From Oikopleura dioica (lineage: Eukaryota; Animalia; Chordata), in contig OU015568.1 of assembly GCA_907165135.1 (NCBI GenBank), positions 1,178,001 to 1,242,000 on the forward strand: DNA of 64,000 nt, written 5' to 3'. The notes beneath the pieces were generated by a model, which did no database searches, was not told the origin of the DNA, and worked only from the letters and a program-made list of their open reading frames with translations. The position numbers and the translations under genes were made by a program. Below are positions 1 to 11,722 of the stretch, piece after piece (the first letter of the stretch is position 1; the number at the start of each line of letters is the position of its first letter).

Positions 1-1
1 T

Positions 2-124
2 CACGATGACAAGGAGTACGAGCACGGAAAAGCGATCGAAGGGATGAACATGTTCATGAATCGGTTTATTCAGGAAAATATGGACATTGTTCAAGGTCTC
101 CGGGCACAAAGCTTCAAGAAATAA
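2..124 (+). CDS. 3' end of an unknown protein-coding gene (partial)
   Basis: Open frame HDDKEYEHGKAIEGMNMFMNRFIQENMDIVQGLRAQSFKK* followed by AATAAA near 190. Confidence 0.55.
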   Translation, partial: HDDKEYEHGKAIEGMNMFMNRFIQENMDIVQGLRAQSFKK

Positions 125-831
125 AACCGACAAAATCTTCCTTCGCTTGTTTGATTCTTTCTTTCCTGCGTTTTACTGCCTCTTATTTGAATAAATTTGT
201 GTTTCAGTGTTTTCCATTTTTGCTATTTTTTGCCTAGACTCGTATGTTTGCGGATAAATAATCTTATATTCAACTTGATGAATTAAAGAGATATTTTTTT
301 AAACGATCATTTATTGCTTTTTCTTAATATAATTCAAATAAAATCATTAAATTGATTATTACCAATAAGAGACATAAATTATGTCACATAATCCCAGTCT
401 AACAAGCTCTAGACTTGGCCTCAGGCATATTTTTATCTGTATGTTAATATCAAGAACATATTCCTTCTGCTGAAAACAATATAGGAAACATTGAAAGGTC
501 AAGTAAAAACCTTTCTTACAGAGGTCGAATCCGGTTGGAACTTGGTTAATGACGAAAATGATGACCCCCCTAATTCATTGAATAAAATGGCCTGAGGGCG
601 TTTTGTGTGTGTGTTCTGCAAGTGTGATAGCGTATTTGGCGGTGGTGGTGCTGGTGTGTGGGCGTCCCGTCACTCAGAAGGCTGCTGCTGAAGTGAGCTT
701 GACCAGCATTCACTTTACCGCACCCAAATGCGCTTCCCCGGATACATCGCTTTTATAGGTTCGTTAATTTTGGTTCGAAAATTCATTGGAGAGAAAATTT
801 CATGAAAATTATAGAGATTTTACGAAGAAAA

Positions 832-3598
832 ATGAAAATTTTAAGCCATCTTTTCGCCGCTTCTGGCAAAATATCAAGACAGAAAACCTTTAAAATTTCA
901 TTTTTCAATTTTTTTTTTGAATATTTATGCCGTGATAAAAATCAAGAAAAAGGGGGAAAGGTTTCATATCTCTTTTAAGGTGCTGCCCGCGCTGAAGACA
1001 GTTGTCCCCCACCACCATCAGTCTCTTATGCTTCCTTTGATTATGTAACTGGAAGCAGCACTGCATCCTACTCCTGCCAGGCCGGTTTTTGCTTTGAAAA
1101 CGAGCGAACTCGAACAATCGACAGTAATTGCCAGGTGTGTTTTAGGATAAAATACTTAAGAATGAATCATCATTTTATGTCAAAATTAATTTTTTAAAAA
1201 TTCATTTTCAGGGAGGCGAATGGTCATCAGTTCCCTCTTGCAAGCCTTGTAATGCATGTGTCCTCCCCCAGGTCGATGCTAATCAGAATATCAACTGGAA
1301 CGTTGATGACTGGACAGCCTCGATCTCTTGTGTTGAGGATGGCGCTGTCCTCGAGCCAGGCACCGACATTACAGAGATGAAAATCAGCTGTATTGAAGGT
1401 GGCAAGTGGGCCCGAGACGTGCCAGTTTGCTCCCGACCAAGCAAAGTCACCTGTGGCGATGATCACATTGAAGTCGTCGTCGACAAGAGCCTTTTCCGCG
1501 CAAAAGGATGGGACGCAAGCACATCCAACGTCTTCCTTGCCGGACCTGGATCAAATTTAATGAGCATCAACGACGTCGACAACTCTTGCTTCGCAACTGA
1601 AGACGCTGATGGAAACTACCGAGTTCGAATCGAAGCTCCCTTCATGGGCCAGTGCGGTACCCAAGCTGCGATCGAAGACCAGGATTACATCTTTTCGAAC
1701 AAGATCAAGTGGCGAGTAGAGAACGATTTCACCGTCAAGGATGCTGAGGTCCTCGATTTCACCTGCAACTACCGAGGCGTTTTCATGGCTGGCCTTCCTC
1801 AACTCGTCAAGCTCGCTATTAATACCAAAACCTACTCTGATCCAAGGTAAACAAAGCCAATCTTCGCCCACATAATCCTCTTTATAGCACTGAGGAGGAT
1901 TTTACCGTCTCCATGTCCGTCTACGATCGCGCCAACTACACCGGATTGGTCGACAACATCCCCCTCCTCCATCGAGGAAAACGATATTTCGTCGATCTCC
2001 ACCTCCACAACCGAGAAATCGGAACTCCCTTCCTCAAGTACTGTTATGGATCGAAGAACTATGTGTCTGAAAGCGAGCTCAGAGAAAAGTACAAGACAGA
2101 AACTTCCAGGAAAGCGTTGAAAAATCGATTTCGTAATTTTGATCTTTTTCGGAGACGTGTTAGCCCTAAATTACTGTTTTGGCTGGTCTGAAGTTAACAC
2201 GTCAAAACAACCGCCAAAGGTGTTCTGTGGCCAGAAAGTTGGTTAAATGAAACTACGTTAGCATTTAGCGAAAATGTGAAAAGCAAAAATACTAAGTTTT
2301 CCAACGCAAAAAAGCTCTGGTCTTCGAAGCATGGTTGTCAATGGCTGCCCCGCTTCTGGAACTCTTGTTCGTCTTGAAGAGTCCCCAACGACTTATCAAT
2401 CCCGATACTCCTTTATGTTCCCAAAGATCGGAATCCAAGGTCGAGTTGATCTTCAGGTTCGTTTTTGAGGCTAATTTCGCGGATTGCTCTAACTGGTTGT
2501 CTTTTAGTTCGTCTACCTCCACTGCGAAATCGAAATTAAACCACTTGGTTTCGCGCCAAAATGCGACGACACTCTGTTCGAACAAGTGCTTCGACGAAAT
2601 TTCGCCTCCATCAATGGAGCTGGAAATGGCGGCCCTGGACCTTTCTCCCAAAAATTCGGTTAGAAAAATATTTGATAGAAAAAAACATCAACAAATTATC
2701 TTTCAAGGCCCCCGATTCAGCCAAGGCTCCAGCAGCGGCTCAGACTTGATCACCGGTCGATCCTTCGGCAACGAGGCCAAATCGAAGCAGGACGCCATCT
2801 GGGACATCAACTGTCAGATTCCACTTTTCAAGGCTGCCCCTCAATGCAAAGCACGAGAAGCCGCTAGGCAACGATCAAGAAGAAGCGCTGAAACTATTGC
2901 AGCTGCAGATATGGCCGTCGGATTTGGTATGTGAAGCGAAAATGAAATGCATTTTTCTTTACCGCAGGAATTTTTCATTCAATTTTCTTTTCTCTCTTCT
3001 GTTTCTTGACTCATTTCATGACTCATCAAAGACAATCTTAACCCTAATTTAGGGACCCTAACTTCCATTGAAATCAAGGAAGATTTTTGAATAAGTCTAA
3101 TAATCATTCTAGGCCCAATCGTTTTCCCCGAAGACGAAGAAACCGAGGTCGATGAAGAAGTCGTTGTCGAAGAGGTCCTCAAGTCGTCTAAACTCTTTGT
3201 TGAAGAAAGCCTCCGAGTCGAAGACATCATCGCTGAGCAAGCCGCTGAATTGGACAGCTCCGTCAAAGATCAAATCGAACAAATTGGTACGATAATTTTC
3301 AAGAGAGAAAAAATTAATAAGCCCATTTCTAGAGCTTCTCCGTGAGCAGCGACAGACCCGAAAATGCCTCATCATCGGAGGAATGGCTTTCGGATGCGTT
3401 CTTCTTTTCTTCTTATCGCTGATGATCACCAGCCGAGTCAGCTGCTTTTCCAAGTCGAAGGTAAGAAAGGCTGATCTTTTGGATCCGATCTTTTGTTTGA
3501 CATTTGAGCGTTACCCTCGTCCCTAGAAATCTAAATCCGGCTCCGACATTTTGGCAACCCAAATCCAGAAGGAACTGAACCGACCGTCCAAGATCTAA
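832..3598 (+). CDS. Multi-exon Sushi/CCP x2 + zona pellucida (ZP) domain membrane protein
   Basis: Signal-like MKILSHLFAAS; CPPPPSV..ASYSCQAGF..GGEWSSVPSC and SCIEGGKW..VPVC (Sushi); VTCGDDHIEVVV, CGT, FTCNY, NGCP, FRFV, VYLHC (ZP); furin site RSRRS; TM CLIIGGMAFGCVLLFLLSLMI; stop 3596-3598; AATAAA ~3755. Confidence 0.85.
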
Positions 3599-3941
3599 AT
3601 CAATTTTTTCCATCCCAATCATCAACATGCCAAATCACGTGTTACCGCTTCTCGTCTTCCACACAGCGTCATAGCAGTATAAAGTGACTTGTATACTGCT
3701 ACATTTTCCTTCTACTGTATCCCTCGAAAATAATCATATTCTTATTCCTTTCACAATAAATAAAAAAAGGGCTAAGAAATCTTTTATTCGTCAATTTGAT
3801 ATTATCAAACTGACTCAGGTCAGATCTCTTTCTCCTCTTGAAATCCTACCCCTCCGACTTTTCCTAATGATCGAAATCGCTTTCCTCGCGAGCTTCGAAA
3901 TCCTTTTCACTTCCTTTTTGTGCGATTTTTATTCTATTTTC

Positions 3942-5944
3942 ATGGAGGAGCTTTTGAAGAAAAATGAGGGTAAGGAACAAGATGATCTAAATGATAAGTC
4001 ATTGTTGATTTCAACTATAGATTATGCCATTCCAGGAGAGAAGAGACGACTTGGAACTTTCAGGCAAGAAGGGAAGCTCAATACATCGAGAGTAGTTTCT
4101 TCATTCGGTAAGAATAGAGCAGAAGAGCTGGGTCGAATGTTTTAAGTGTACATTGGTTTTTCATCTGCTTTTGCTGTCTCACCGCCACTTGGGTCTTGTA
4201 CCTGACCGAGGTCATGTTCGGCTCAAACCATGAGAAAATCAAGCTCCAGCTTGCTTCTGATAAAATCGGTGAATACTAAGCTTATGGCTCTTGTTAAAAT
4301 TTTCAATTAGAAAAAATTGATTGTGGCATTGGCGAAGAAATTTCATGCGCAGACCTTTTCATTATTGCTCCAGACAACGCGATTGTTGGGGACATCGTGT
4401 TCTTCACAGCGGAGGCGATGGAAGCCATAGAAGAAAAAATATGTGACCCGGTGGAAGACTTCAAAAGAATGTTTCTCTCGGCTTTTAAATTCAGCAGATT
4501 TTGCTTAGAGAGAAACAAAAAATAGCGTGTTTCTTCCGCGACCCTAGAATACCAATCAGAAATGAGTCGATAGACGAATTTAGCAACCAGACTGACATTG
4601 CCTACGGAATGGCGCATGTTATCTTGGATGAAGGATCGCTTGTTCATGGTTCCGTTTGGCTGATTCCAAGAGACAGCGAAGATATTCTTATCTTCCCCGG
4701 GATCAACGGGAACTTGGTGGAGCTCGATAGAACGATGGAAGAATACAGTTTTTATGCAGTTATGGATGGTAGGAAAATAAATGTAAATTTTTATGAAGAA
4801 TTTTAGGTTTTATTTTCATAACCCAACCAAAAGACTATCACATGGAAATACTGATTGATGATATTCCTGCGAATCGAATGATGCTACCACGAAGGTCTGA
4901 AATACGAAAAGCACAAATGCAGGCAACTTATGTTGATGTTGCTATGATTGACGCTCAAAACTCGCTCATAAAAATTGATGTCAAAGAAGGACAAAAAATT
5001 AAGATTAAAAAAGTCCGCACGACAGAGGCTCACAGATTTGGGGACCATAAATATCCTTTTAGTTTTTTGAAATTGTATTTAAAAATTTGCAATTTCTCGA
5101 GTATGTTTTTTGATTGTCAAGCAGCTGAAGAATCTAGAGTAGATGAATTACCATAAGAATTTTTCGACTAAAATTTTTATTAAGATAATTCCGGTATCGT
5201 TATCAAAATATTATTGGTCCCGAGAAAGCCTGAAAATGAATTTTTATACTGACGAATGGAAAACAAGCGGAAGTCTTATCCAGAAGATGTGCGACTTTTG
5301 CTCTGCTCAGCGTAGAATCGAACAAGCCCAAAATGGCTCAACCTGCGAGTAAGAATCCTTACATAAAATCAATATTAACACACATCTCTTCAGACAAAGA
5401 GAATGGTTTCGACAACAGCTAGAACCTCTGTGGTTCCCAATTCAAAACGGAAAGAGATGCTCCTTCGAAATACCGGGGCTCGGCAAAAAGGACAGCTTTT
5501 CCGTTGTTAGTAATCATGGAAATAATAAAAATACACCGAACATCATGATTTCTCCTGGCCTGGTGCTCGCACGAGATACTTATTTCCAACAGGTACTCGA
5601 GGTCCTCTGAGTCGACATGAAAGAATCTCTAGTGCCATCTATCCATGGAATTGAAAATCTCATCTGCCGCGGCCGACAGGTTTAATTTGCAGTTATCATT
5701 GCTTCAAGAAGCCAATCCGGCTAAACGAGATTTGATCAGGACATCCATTGAACGAATCGGTACGCAGAAAAACCTATCTTTTTATCTGAAAAATCGCTTA
5801 GAGAACAATCTAATGATAACTGGAGACTTCATCCCGTTTCAAGGAAGAAACTACATCCAAATATCGATTTCGGCAATTGGAAGCATGACGTTTGTGGCTA
5901 AAGGTGTAGAATCATTTATTTTCTTCCTTAATAATGGTTTATAA
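3942..5944 (+). CDS. Unknown multi-exon protein, probable type II membrane protein (may be more than one gene)
   Basis: Chain of plus-strand ORF pieces separated by short GT-AG introns; hydrophobic segment VLSVHWFFICFCCLTATWVLYL near 4140-4205; no recognisable domain. Confidence 0.45.
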
Positions 5945-6557
5945 TTTATAAATGAGTTCGTTTTATTGCAGGCTAAACGCTATGCATTTATCTTTAAGCA
6001 TTTATCTACTGATGTCAATTAACGATTATAATTTATAAATCACTTTTGAGACATATTGTCTCATCTTCAGGTAAAAGCTGGTGTCAAATTGTGACGTACC
6101 TGAGAAAGGCAAAAGTCAGACTGACTTCTCCGCCTGTCAACTTATGAATTTTGTTTTCGTCTTTTATTTTTCGAACAGTTCTCACTAAATAAGATTAATA
6201 GATCTTTAATCTTTCTTTAGAAATGACGATTTCCAAGTGCAAAATGATGAAAAGCCAACCTAGAGTTCCTTGACAATCTGACACCAATAGATTTTTGTTT
6301 CTGATATGCTTTGAATCATAGGCAAAATAAATCGTTCAAACTTGCTACCACTCGCTACAATTTAAAAAAAGACATCCGGGTATTCTGGAATAATAACAAG
6401 TTCTTGCGCCGCGGAGATAACTGACCATCAAAATCATGGGAACGAGCCGTCTTGGGAAGACGGGTTGATCCTTGATGTCAGCGCTTTTTTGTTTGTGACC
6501 TTCTTAAAACGCCATTTACCGATTTTAACCCAGGGCTCATTCGCGAAAATAAGAAAG

Positions 6558-9500
6558 ATGAGAATTAAACCAATAAAAGCTCAATGCGCTTTTTGCAAGA
6601 AAAAAGGATTATTGAGAAGAACGGAAAAAGGGAAAATTTGCTTGATTCCTGGTGAGTTGAATTGATTTAAACTGAGATCAAGGAGGAGAATTTCTTTTAG
6701 ACGAGGCGACAAAAAAACAAAGATTTGATGTTTTCACGAAATCGATGTTTGAGAGTCACGGTTTTGGGACGACGAAGCAAATGATCAATTTCGTGATCTA
6801 TGGGAGCATTTTTTGGATCATGACAATGGTTCTAGCGAATTTCGTGAATTACGAAAGGACGAAATTTCGCCCTGGAGTCGGCTCTTACTGCATCAGAGAG
6901 TTCAAAACATGCATTCAAAACTTCGAATACAATTCATGCTTAAATCCACTTTATAACTGCGCCAGTCTTTCGCACGACGATTACGGTAGTTTTCATTTTC
7001 CGGAGAAAATGGCCGAACTCAACTTCCCAGCGTCGGATGAAAAAGAAATTTTTACAGATGAAGAAAACGAGCTCAATCGAAATCTTTGCTTCCAAACAGC
7101 TGGTTTATCCAGAAATCTTTGCGAAAATCTTTGCTTTGAGTCGCAGTTTAGTTTTATCGAGGACGAAAAATTTATTGAAGCGATGAACAAGCCACCTGAA
7201 GAGTATCATTGGCAAGTTGACGAAAAATCTGCTACTTATAATCATTCAAAAAACTTCGAGTGCATGGAAATTTGCAAGTATGCTGCTGGAATTCAAGAGA
7301 GAGATGATTGCCCACAGGAAAAAAGGTGCCCAAACGGCTGTCCTTGCAAAGGCTACAAATGTACCAAAAATCACCCGAGAGACGACATTGTCTACATCGA
7401 AAAATATCACAAGGGCAATCGAATTGATTTCCCCGCTGACAAAGGGTTTTACAAAATGATGCCATCAAATATTCGATTTGAGAAAATTGAAAGTCCAGCT
7501 TTTATCTTAGGGTTGGAAAAATGCTCAAAGCGTGAACAGACTAAAGTTTAAAATTAAAGATAATTAAGATAAGAGATTCTAGTGAAGACGTCAAAGAATA
7601 GTGACGTGAGGGAGACAATAACTTAGCTTTTTCGAACGAAAAATGGTTAAGATATTCCTCTGCGTATTTTTACACGCCCATATAATGATTATATTATAAA
7701 TTATTAAGAAAATAAAGATAAAAACACAAGGCATTACGCAGTCGAAGATAAAAAGTTTTTTCAGGTGACAGTGTCACCGTGACACTGTAACTTTCCGATT
7801 TTGAACTGAAATTGAAGGGAACGTGGCCTTATAGTGGATTTTTTTAGGATGACAGATTTTGAGAATTTGTCGAAAAAGTGGCCTTAAGGCTAGGGTGGTC
7901 AATTTTGACCAAGTCTTAGATTCTTTTTTGACCCGCATTTTTGGATTCCTCAGGAAATTTGGAGCAAAAAACTCCTTATGCACTTTTTCGCTATCTCAAC
8001 TCTATCTCCGGGAAATTGCGATTAAAAGTGCAGAAAATTAGTGTATTTTGAAAGTGAACCCAATATTATGAAATTTCAATCCTTTACAATAGTGGCATAT
8101 GATACATTTTTGGAAAGCTCACATTCAGCACATTCATTTAGGGTAGGGCTGAGGGCGTCTAGGCTATGCCCGAAGGGCAATTTATAGGAATGAATAGTCA
8201 AATATAGGTACCTTGGTTTATTGAAAAAAATTCTTAAGAAAAAGTTATCAAATAAAAAAAAAGCTTCTGTAAATTTTAAGATTAGGGTCTAAGAAACCTA
8301 AAAAGAGTAAGAGTTGATAGGACCATTATGCAAACTTTGGAGCTTTGGAGCCCTGAAGATGGGCTATTTTCGCGATTTTAGCCGAGATGCCAACTTTGAA
8401 GCCGCCGGAAGTGGCTTTTTCCTTGGGATTACGGAAAAAGCTTCTGTTATTCAGAAGATCTAAGATAGATCTCTATTAAATGCTATTATGGGGTACTCTG
8501 GCATTCACAAGTCCAGAGTTTATGAGCCTTGCTTTGGGCCAAATCGACCACCCTAGCCTTAAAAGGGTCGGCCTTAAAAGTGTTTCACACTGTACTAAGA
8601 ATCTGGGGTTGAGTTAATCGTTAGGTTAGGGATCAAAGTTTGATCATCAAACTCAGCATTTACTCAGCGCAGTGTCACTGCTTTGAGCATTAACCGACCC
8701 CAGATCTAAGCGACCATGAAGATGCCGTATCGACATTTTGCTCAGTTTGGTTCCAAGGGAATCATTATATTCTCCGAGCATTGGAATCTACGTCACGATC
8801 AACTTTTGGTAGTTCAGATATTCAAGTTCTCAAAATTCTCGACTCAGGAAAACTTATTCTTTTGCAAACTTTTGAAATGCACATATCAGTCTTGTTTCCG
8901 CACAAACACAAAATATGTGGCACTGGAATTTACAAGCTTGATTTTGATGGCGAAACGAGACAATATATATTAAAAGAAAAAATCTTCTTTTGTCCAATTC
9001 TGCATTTTCACGCGCAGGACGGGGCGCACTGACTATGTCAGGAATGTCAGGAATATCAGGATTTTTCAATTTAGGGGTATATGATGTGGGAAATTTTTCC
9101 ACCAAAAAAATTTTTTTTCGAGCAGTGAGAGTTGGGCCCCGCCAACCCAATGAGTTTTCTACAAGAAAATTCATTCGTAAGGGCCTTTAGGCCCTTATGC
9201 ATGCCCAATATCGTCAAATTTTTTTCCCGATTTTGGCCAAATCCTGACATTCCTGACATTACTGACATACTCAGTATCCTCCCGCAGGACTGTTATTTTC
9301 TTGAATTCGAAGGGGAAAGCAATGTATATTTACGAAAACTGTCATCAGCAAGGCCAAGACCAACTTTTCTCGAACCCAGTTCTGGTCATGGTGTATCGAC
9401 GATGAATTTAAATGGCTTTTTTGTAAGCTCTTTTCCTGGGCTCGGCACCCTGAGTCAGGGTTTGAGAGATCGAAAATGATAAGCTGCGTAGCGGCTTTTT

Positions 9501-10258
9501 TAAAAACCCTTTGCGGCTTCGCCAGCAGTTAAAAATAAGATCGAATGATAATCTTGCGGCTTTTATTTTCGATTTTTCGTACCCTTATTCAGGTTGCCGA
9601 TCTCAGCCCTTTTCTTTTTTAAAAAATAAAACATATTCTTTCAGACGATAATAAGCTACGATTTTGTCACACAAAAAATCCAGATCGACAAGTTTATGGG
9701 ACTCGAAAATTCCCAAGTCGATTCATGGAGCCACGAATCTGTTTCTCGTTCACCGAACTATCGCTCGGAAAGGGACGAGTTCGGAAATATTGTCGAAGGG
9801 AGATTTTTTCTAGCAGCTTTGCCGGATAATGAAGGAGTCCTGTTGCTAACATCAAACTTTGAGTGGGGCTCGCCGGTCGACCGAATAACAGTGAATCGGA
9901 TTTATAAGAATAACTGGTTATATGTTGGCGTTTTTAATATTCCGAGACATAGAATACGGCATATGAGTATAAGGAAATGATTACTATTTGACGATTTTTG
10001 AAGATTTTATCAATTTTATTGGCAAAATAAATTTGATCATCTTGAAAAAGCGCTCTTGATACAGCATTTATTCTCCAAGGAAAAATCTATGTGGACCGCA
10101 AAATCGACACTTGTGTGCGATCATCTGCTTATGGATGCGGTAAATGGCTGGCTACTGGCTCAGAAATATTCCTCCTTGATTATGAAAGAAAAACACATAT
10201 AAAGCAAGAGTTACAGCTTGATTTGCCGAAAAACTATAACTACGAGCTGATACTGTAA
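6558..10258 (+). CDS. Type II membrane protein with Cys-rich domain (CPNGCPCxGYxC) and degenerate beta-propeller-like C-terminal region
   Basis: TM INFVIYGSIFWIMTMVLANFV; Cys-rich ORF 6745-7511; GT-AG intron 7512-8710 joins FILG/DHEDAVSTFCSVWFQGNHYIL; later exons to stop 10256-10258; exon interrupted by MITE 9021-9282. Confidence 0.65.
7888..8558. mobile_element. Non-autonomous DNA transposon, TTAA TSD, GG..CC ends (Kolobok-like)
   Basis: TTAA(7884-7887) GGCTAGGGTGGTCAATTTTGACCAA ... TTGGGCCAAATCGACCACCCTAGCC TTAA(8559-8562); intronic. Confidence 0.85.
8600..8705. mobile_element. ~105-bp MITE adjacent to a splice acceptor
   Basis: ATCTGGGGTTGAGTTAAT ... ATTAACCGACCCCAGAT imperfect TIR, flanked on both sides by CTAAG. 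Confidence 0.55.
9021..9282. mobile_element. 262-bp MITE with 8-bp TSD and GG..CC ends (Merlin-like), inserted in a coding exon
   Basis: TSD CGCAGGAC at 9013-9020 and 9283-9290; ~45-bp imperfect TIRs containing 9-bp ATGTCAGGA subrepeats. Confidence 0.85.
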
Positions 10259-10786
10259 ATAAGCTCGTGTAACTGTAAATAAATACGCTTGTTTTATTGC
10301 TCAATAGCACGAGAAATATTTATTGAGAATTTTCGTTTTCAGTATCAGTAAGAAAAATTGCAGTGAAAAGAGTGCCTATCAAGCTATACGAATAAATAGA
10401 GTAGCGGATGATATAGTAAAGAGGAACGAGAAAGAGGCGATTGTTGTGTTGCAGTCCTAAAAATCATCTTAGTCGGTCTCAAATACAGTCTGTTTGAAAG
10501 ACAAAGGGGAGAGATATGAATTACGGTCTGAAAAAATGAAGGAAAAAGAACGAAAAAAGCTTGAAGGAAATGAGAAGGGCCAGCTTTTAACAGATAGAAA
10601 TTCGACTCTTCTCATTTCCAAATCGAAAAGGAGTCATTTACAGGGAATCATGAGAAATACTGAGTCTTGATTTCGGAAATATCAAGAGTCATCGTCAAGA
10701 AGTTCGGAAGTTCAGGTAAAGTTTTCGGCATCGTTGAGATTTTTCAATGCAAAGCGAAGTTGAAGCTTGTTGACTTGAGTCGTAAC

Positions 10787-11101
10787 TTATTGAAAGGGGT
10801 AGAAGGCGGCCATTCTTTGTTTGGTAAATCTGCGGATTTCGGCTTTTTGGCGACGCTGGAGATTTCGGCGGATGTGACTGGGGAACTCGTCAAATGAAAC
10901 GCGAGAATCGACGAGGTTTTCGAGGTCTTCGATTTCGGGCTCCATTACTGAATGAAGAATGGTGAATTGATATTCTTACACGAATTTTTATTTGTGACAA
11001 ACATTCATTTTTTGAATGACAGTTCAACTAAGATTCATATATAAGGATGTCTTACCGGAAAATGCATTAGAGAAGGCGACGAAGAGCATCAGAAGGTTCA
11101 T
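10787..11101 (-). CDS. 68-aa secreted peptide precursor (2 exons: 11101-11056, 10947-10787)
   Basis: MNLLMLFVAFSNAFS/VMEPEIEDLENLVDSRVSFDEFPSHIRRNLQRRQKAEIRRFTKQRMAAFYPFQ*; canonical GTAAG..CAG phase-1 intron; hydrophobic N-terminus. Confidence 0.6.
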
Positions 11102-11722
11102 TTTTATCTTTTCTAGGCTATCAGCTGCTTTCTTGAATATGGTTTATCGAGGTTTAAAAGAGTTCTTGATTTCGGTATCAAAAAACTTTTAGTGAAAAAA
11201 TTTAAGTACAAAGATTTTCGTTTTATGGCAAAACAAAGCGCGGAAAGAGCCTTATCAAGTCCCGTCTTCGCGGTATTGCGCCAACTAGCGGGGCGCGTCG
11301 CGCGTTAGGAGCACAATCATCATCGCTTCTAAGCTAGTTTTGACTCGATCATTCTCGCGCGTCTTTCATGTGACGGTAATTATCTGATGACAGACTGCTT
11401 TGAAAGCTTCTTTTAACCTTTGTCCTATACTAATAGTCATTTGAGGTCAGGAACAAAAAATGTTTGAAAAATTCAAAGAAAAAATTCGAGTAATTTTCTT
11501 GCTGAAACAAAAATTTCTGATTTCTTTCGTTGAAAAATAAATTAACGAAAAACAGATCATCATGACTGCAGTACAGATGGTGTGCGACTGATTGCGTGCC
11601 CAATCGCCCCTCGGGCTGATAAGACCCTTCAGCGACGTGTTAGGCAAAATTTCAGGCACACTCACACACATTAAATCTCGCAAGTTTCACCTTTTTTTAT
11701 CCAAAAAAGAAAAGAGAAAAAG

